This document shows, in pieces, positions 60,544 through 64,000 of a DNA stretch of 64,000 nucleotides; position 1 is the first letter of the stretch, and every line of letters starts with the position of its first letter. The notes under the pieces were generated by a model that was not told the origin of the DNA, did not search any database, and saw nothing but the letters and a program-made list of their open reading frames with translations. Made by a program: the position numbers and the translations under genes. Source of the stretch: Bythopirellula sp. (GTDB lineage: Bacteria > Planctomycetota > Planctomycetia > Pirellulales > Lacipirellulaceae). The stretch covers positions 1,088,001 through 1,152,000 of the forward strand of contig OZ244170.1 in NCBI GenBank assembly GCA_965216565.1, read 5' to 3'.

Positions 60544-61791
60544 TTAGGCGATAGTGCTTGCCTTTTCGGCAATAGTGTTTCCCGAAGGAAGGCTCTCACG
60601 GACTGAGCGATCTTGTCGTTTCGAGGCCAAGGATCGGGCTTGCTCGTAGATTTCAAGTAATCGTTGGATATTCTGCTCGGCGGTGAAACTTGTTTCGAAT
60701 CGATGTCGGGCAGCTTCACGCATTTCTAAATGCGTTTTCGACGGTAGGGAGACGAACTCATTGAGGCTATCACACAGGTCTTTTGCGTCGCCGGGTGTGA
60801 AGAGAATGCCAGTCCTGCCTGGTTCAACAAGCTCCTGCATGGCACCCAGATTCGAGGCGATGACGGGCGTTCCCGATGCGAACGCTTCGACCGTTGTTCT
60901 GCCAAAGGTCTCGTACCAAATCGATGGCATGATTAAGGCCTGCGCGGAACCCACAATGGGGTGCAGTGCTGACAAATCGAGATGCCCGAGCCACTCAATT
61001 CGAGAATCTTTACTACTGGCCGCTTGGACCTGTTTTGCGGAGGGGCCATTTCCAATGATCTTGAGAGTTGGCAACTGCGGGTCGAGTTCCCAGGCATCCA
61101 ATAGAGTGGCGATACCCTTCTCTGGAGAGAGCCTGCCGACGAAGACAAAATAATCACCTTCCCCGTTTCCTGCTGGCGGAACGGGATTCACCATATTGTG
61201 CTTCACTGTGATTTGGGAGGGATGAAAACCAGCTTCCAAGAATCTCTGGCGAGCAAATTCTGTTGGTGTAAAAAACAAATCGACATGTTTCCGCCATGTC
61301 CCCAATGCCCGATGCAAAGTAACCATTGATGTTACAGCAGTGCTGGCGGCAAAGCTGTCGCGGTAACATCGGTGACGAATTGCCGGCCAAGGCACTGATC
61401 TGCCGAAACAATCGTGGCAGGGTTGATTATCCCTCATGAGATAAGAACCTGGGCAGATTAGTCGGTAGTTCTGCAACGCTTGAACAACGGCGATCCCCTG
61501 GCTTGAAGCCTCGCGTAATACCGAGGGGGAAATCAGCGGAAACGAGTTTGTTACGTGAAAGACTTCGGGCCGATATTTGGCGACTAACTCTCGCACGTCG
61601 CGGGCTGCTTGACGGTTCCAATGGAGTTTTTGTGCAATTGCAAGGCTAGACTTAGTGACAAGCTCCTTGTTCTCGCGTCGGTACTCAAAGACTTCGTGAC
61701 CTGCTTCTCTGAGCAGATCACGCTCTTCCTCGTAGACGCAATCCTCACCGCCCCGTTGCTGGTAATAGCTATGGCACAACAGAACTCGCAT
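60544..61791 (-). CDS. GT4 glycosyltransferase
   Basis: GGE, FVGRLSPEKG, PSIWYETFG..EA. Confidence 0.9.
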   Translation of the reverse strand: MRVLLCHSYYQQRGGEDCVYEEERDLLREAGHEVFEYRRENKELVTKSSLAIAQKLHWNRQAARDVRELVAKYRPEVFHVTNSFPLISPSVLREASSQGIAVVQALQNYRLICPGSYLMRDNQPCHDCFGRSVPWPAIRHRCYRDSFAASTAVTSMVTLHRALGTWRKHVDLFFTPTEFARQRFLEAGFHPSQITVKHNMVNPVPPAGNGEGDYFVFVGRLSPEKGIATLLDAWELDPQLPTLKIIGNGPSAKQVQAASSKDSRIEWLGHLDLSALHPIVGSAQALIMPSIWYETFGRTTVEAFASGTPVIASNLGAMQELVEPGRTGILFTPGDAKDLCDSLNEFVSLPSKTHLEMREAARHRFETSFTAEQNIQRLLEIYEQARSLASKRQDRSVRESLPSGNTIAEKASTIA

Positions 61792-61898
61792 TAATCAAGC
61801 TCCTTATCAACGATCCGGATAAAGAACCTTGGCGAATTAAATTGTCTCAGGCCAGCGAATTGTTCTATTTGGCAAAGCATTGTCGAGCAAGGAAGACT

Positions 61899-62792
61899 CT
61901 AGGTGACTTTCATGGGGGTTTTCACATCGCGCCGGAGCCTTATGCGTCCGCCTAGCAGTGACTCCAGGAAAAAAAGAACATAAGGGACGCACCAAAACAA
62001 TACTTTCGGACGAGGCGCGTGAGACCGTACAAAGGCCCACCATTGTCGGGGAGGTCGATAGCCTTTAGGTCCGAGGAGTTTTTTCCAGCGTTGTGCCGTC
62101 GTAAGTTTGGTGTCAAATGAAGAGCCGGAGATCGGATTCAACTTGCACTTGCCCAAATAGCCAGGTGCCAAGAGTAGCGGGATCCCCGCGCGGGCGGCGC
62201 GAAGACCGTAATCTCCATCCGCAAAAAAGTGGGTATAGCTTTCGTCCAGCATCCCGACTTGCTCGTGGGCTGCTCTCGGTATCAGAACTATATTGCCATT
62301 AAAGGTATGGCAAGGAATAGGCTGATCTTGAGGGTTCATCACTCGCACATTGAACCAGTGTTCCCGATACATGCCGCCGGTGCAGGTCTCGCCGCAATCG
62401 GGATCACATGTGGCACCGACCACGATTGTCGACGGATCTTCTGCATTGGCTCGTACATCGAGTAACGTTTGAATAGTGCCCGGTTCAAGCTCTACATCGT
62501 CATTGAGCCAGAAATAGAAATCGGCATCACCCGCGGCACGCCAGGCCATTTGGGTACCACCGGCCCAATAGAGGTTGCCGTCGCCTTTCAAAACGCGAAC
62601 TTCTGGGAACTCACGACGAACTGCTTCTCCTGTGCCATCTGTGCAGCCATCATCGGTGAGATAGACGCCCAGCGTGTAGCCTTCCGGAATCGCTTGAGCA
62701 AATAGACTCTTCAAACACTGAAGAGTAGTCGCGCGACGATTGAAGCACGTCATCAAAACTGCAATCGTCATTTTCTGTGATTCACTATTCAT
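61899..62792 (-). CDS. GT2 glycosyltransferase
   Basis: TCFNR, DDGCTDGT, WLNDD, NGN, DGDYGLRA. Confidence 0.9.
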   Translation of the reverse strand: MNSESQKMTIAVLMTCFNRRATTLQCLKSLFAQAIPEGYTLGVYLTDDGCTDGTGEAVRREFPEVRVLKGDGNLYWAGGTQMAWRAAGDADFYFWLNDDVELEPGTIQTLLDVRANAEDPSTIVVGATCDPDCGETCTGGMYREHWFNVRVMNPQDQPIPCHTFNGNIVLIPRAAHEQVGMLDESYTHFFADGDYGLRAARAGIPLLLAPGYLGKCKLNPISGSSFDTKLTTAQRWKKLLGPKGYRPPRQWWAFVRSHAPRPKVLFWCVPYVLFFLESLLGGRIRLRRDVKTPMKVT

Positions 62793-62841
62793 GCCACTAC
62801 ATCTGACTTCTTCAATATCTTTACAGAGCTCGATGGATCAC

Positions 62842-63945
62842 CTAGCGCATTCCTCGGTTCCTTACGATGGATGGAATAGTTAAGAGCAATAGCTTGCAAT
62901 CGGCCCATAGACCCTGTCGTTCGATATAATCAAGGTCCATTCTCATCCACTGCTCGAATTCAACCTCGCTGCGGCCCTCGACCTGCCAAATGCAGGTCAT
63001 TCCTGGTTTTACGTCGAGACGCCTGCGCTGCCAATTGGTGCAGGCCAGTGACTCTTCGGTTGGTAGAGGTCGGGGGCCAACCAGTGACATGTCCCCTCGC
63101 AGAACGTTCCAAAACTGCGGCAACTCGTCGATGCTACTAGCGCGGAGAAATCGGCCAATCCACGTGGTACGAGGATCACGCTTCATTTTGAATGCGGGTC
63201 CGTCTTGATGGCTTTCTGTTCGCAATTCACCTTGAAGATGTTCAGCATTTTCAATCATCGTGCGCATCTTATAGATGGTGAACTCCTTCCCCCCATGACC
63301 CTCGCGTTGTTGAGAGAAGAAGACAGGCCCTTGAGAAGTTGCCCTCACAGCGATCGCGGCCAAAGCCACAATTGGGGCTGAAACCGTCAGTCCGACCAAA
63401 CTGCCAACAACATCGAGGGCCCTTTTCCACAGGGGTTGTGGACTTACGAAGAAGCTACTGCCATTGGCCTCATGGGGAGGAGCTTGCTGAGTCTTTTTGG
63501 CTGAAGCGGATTCGCCGACAAACTTGTCTTCCCATGAATGAAGGCTACTGGGATAGACCAGCACTTCGCATTCGGGACGCTCTGGACCCGGAGGAAACAC
63601 ATCGCTGATATCGGCCGCAACCTTCCAAGCACCTTCGCTGGGAGTATCTGGCAGCAGGACACCAACCCGCCCGTCGTCGAGCAAGCCCGAAGTATCTGTC
63701 ATCCGCAGGCGCCCTTCTAAGACTCGTGCGAGAAAGGCTATGTCCTTCTCAGAACCTAGCTCGCTCGACAGGCGGATGAGAATCATGGAAAGAACTGAGC
63801 CATTTCGATCGACTCGCATTCTTTCGCAAGCGGCAGCAGATCGAAACTCAGTGTCGTTCAAAAAATATTCGGAAAGCTCGTCCGCTAACTTCAGGCGAAC
63901 AAGTTTGGTCTGCAGTCGATTCGACTTCGTATTCTGGGGAGGCAT
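62842..63945 (-). CDS. Priming phosphoglycosyl transferase with N-terminal degenerate GGDEF-like domain
   Basis: KRALD, YKMRTM, DPRTT, SIDELPQFWNVLRGDMSLVGPRP, KPGMT; N-terminal LRMTD..GVLLPDT. Confidence 0.88.
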   Translation of the reverse strand: MPPQNTKSNRLQTKLVRLKLADELSEYFLNDTEFRSAAACERMRVDRNGSVLSMILIRLSSELGSEKDIAFLARVLEGRLRMTDTSGLLDDGRVGVLLPDTPSEGAWKVAADISDVFPPGPERPECEVLVYPSSLHSWEDKFVGESASAKKTQQAPPHEANGSSFFVSPQPLWKRALDVVGSLVGLTVSAPIVALAAIAVRATSQGPVFFSQQREGHGGKEFTIYKMRTMIENAEHLQGELRTESHQDGPAFKMKRDPRTTWIGRFLRASSIDELPQFWNVLRGDMSLVGPRPLPTEESLACTNWQRRRLDVKPGMTCIWQVEGRSEVEFEQWMRMDLDYIERQGLWADCKLLLLTIPSIVRNRGMR

Positions 63946-64000
63946 TTCAAATGTGGCTAAATCAATGGTGGTAGTCGGTACGCGTAAACAACTTCAACAA

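Overview
A 64-kb chromosomal segment, most likely from a marine planctomycete (Pirellulales-like). This is inferred from the planctomycete-type low-complexity secreted proteins, stand-alone RNAP alpha-CTD protein, sulfatase, Na+-NQR and typical intergenic palindromes. Core content: ogt, an SMC/Rad50-like protein fused to DUF4332-type repeats, a probable lysine/pipecolate catabolic cluster, type IB topoisomerase, uvrD/pcrA, an arylsulfatase-HAD-porin islet, sucCD divergent from nqrABCDEF-apbE-nqrM, a Y-family polymerase, and the distal part of a surface-polysaccharide cluster. No rRNA, tRNA, CRISPR array or intact transposase was seen. Best leads: (1) a priming glycosyltransferase with a degenerate GGDEF domain that keeps the RxxD I-site, a candidate c-di-GMP-gated first step of polysaccharide synthesis; (2) an unannotated His-His-Glu VOC enzyme resembling HglS/DUF1338 inside the lysine cluster; (3) a DUF559 nuclease gene bracketed by inverted hairpins with variable ~50-nt loops, amid several REP/MITE families; (4) a perfect Rex operator upstream of nqrA. 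All family calls come from motif recognition by eye, not database searches. Several starts were moved downstream of the ORF-track starts.
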